A stretch of DNA of 64,000 bases from an uncultured Flavobacteriales bacterium. Its GTDB lineage: Bacteria > Bacteroidota > Bacteroidia > Flavobacteriales > BACL11. Each line of letters starts with the position of its first letter. Position 1 is the stretch's first letter. Location of the stretch: assembly GCA_905478555.1 (NCBI GenBank), contig CAJQIZ010000009.1:53247-117246 (forward strand). Direction: 5' to 3'. A program made the position numbers and the translations under genes. Under the pieces are notes generated by a model, which worked only from the letters and a program-made list of their open reading frames with translations, was not told where the DNA came from and searched no databases. Positions 63,184 to 64,000 of this stretch are shown here, piece by piece.

Positions 63184-63693
63184 ATGAAAGATATCTATAC
63201 ATATATTTGGGTAGCTCCACTTTTTATACTTCTGCAGGTATTATTCTTAAATAATATTTATTTTTTAAGTTATATCAATCCATTAGTATATGTAATATTA
63301 ATAATTACCTTTCCTCAAAATACCGAAAAATGGTTTCTGTTGATTTACGCCTTTATTTTAGGATTTAGTTTAGATATATTTGAAGGAAACCTTGGTTTAA
63401 ACTCATCAGCATTAGTCTTCTTATCCTTTATAAAGCCTTACATTAATAAAGTACTTATTCCTAAAAATTTAATTGATGAAAAAGAAAAACTAAATCTTAA
63501 AATTTTAGGAATAAAGACCTTTAGTGTATACGCTTTATCCCTTATTTTTATTCATAATAGTTTCATCTTTTTACTAGAAAATTTTTCAACTATTAATTTA
63601 TTTTATTTAATACCAAAAATAATATTAAGCTCTGTTGTTACTTATATAATCATTTTAATATTTCAGTTATTTACATTTAAAACTAAGGAATAA
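63184..63693 (+). CDS. mreD: Rod shape-determining protein MreD
   Basis: Hydrophobic, GFSLDIF; between mreC and PBP2. Confidence 0.9.
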   Translation: MKDIYTYIWVAPLFILLQVLFLNNIYFLSYINPLVYVILIITFPQNTEKWFLLIYAFILGFSLDIFEGNLGLNSSALVFLSFIKPYINKVLIPKNLIDEKEKLNLKILGIKTFSVYALSLIFIHNSFIFLLENFSTINLFYLIPKIILSSVVTYIIILIFQLFTFKTKE

Positions 63694-63695
63694 TA

Positions 63696-64000
63696 ATGAG
63701 TCAATTACAAGGAAGACAACAAATAGTAAAAGGTATTTTCCTTTCTGTAATTCTTATTTTACTTATCAAGTTATTCTACATTCAAATTATAGATTCTCAA
63801 TATAAAAAGTCAGCAAAAAACAATGCTATCCGATTTGAAGTACAACAAGCTGCAAGAGGTTTAATTTATGATAGAAATAAGAAGTTAATTGTATCGAACA
63901 TAGCTTCTTATGATTTAATGGTAATACCTAGAGAAGTGAAAAGTATGGACACTCTTTCACTCTGTAATCTTGCAGAAATAACAAAAGAAGAATTCATAAG
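63696..64000 (+). CDS. mrdA: Penicillin-binding protein 2 (5' part; runs off window edge)
   Basis: Translated by hand: MSQLQGRQ..LFYIQI..ARGLIYDRN; follows mreD. Confidence 0.9.
   Translation, partial: MSQLQGRQQIVKGIFLSVILILLIKLFYIQIIDSQYKKSAKNNAIRFEVQQAARGLIYDRNKKLIVSNIASYDLMVIPREVKSMDTLSLCNLAEITKEEFI

Noticed and set aside
1-64000. CRISPR arrays, tRNA/rRNA genes, IS elements, prophage or recognisable defence genes
   Set aside because: No spaced direct repeats, cloverleaf or rRNA signatures, or transposase, integrase or nuclease motifs seen by eye; intergenic spaces are mostly too short.

Overview
Gene-dense, AT-rich chromosomal window from a Bacteroidota bacterium, most likely a streamlined Flavobacteriales. 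This is supported by gldB/C/D/E, a PorV-family gene, many TAnnTTTG -7 promoters and no evident Shine-Dalgarno usage. Most of it is core genome: the 5' half of the dcw cluster (mraZ-rsmH-ftsL-ftsI-murE-mraY-murD-ftsW'), yihA, nadE, lnt, pssA, purS, kdsD-tatC-lptB, recQ, serS, rplU-rpmA, ssb, mutY, HU, rng, recX, prfB, fumC, manC, feoAB, mlaEF, rsmA, mgtE, PPi-PFK, mfd and purH-mreBCD-mrdA'. I saw no rRNA, tRNA, CRISPR array, transposase or integrase. The leads worth following are: (1) a 592-aa hypothetical protein with motifs of an FMN TIM-barrel (nitronate monooxygenase/FabK/FabX type) plus a Cys cluster; (2) an accessory module at 39.1-44.6 kb (SPOR lipoprotein, membrane protein, lipoprotein, LytTR regulator, TPR kinase); (3) an orphan promoter-microORF-hairpins-terminator unit at 22.4-22.7 kb; (4) an identical 13-mer upstream of both the division and elongation operons; (5) a prfB without its programmed frameshift; and (6) several microproteins missed by the ORF track, including a bS22-like ribosomal protein. 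All functional calls come from motifs and gene context read by eye; no searches were run.
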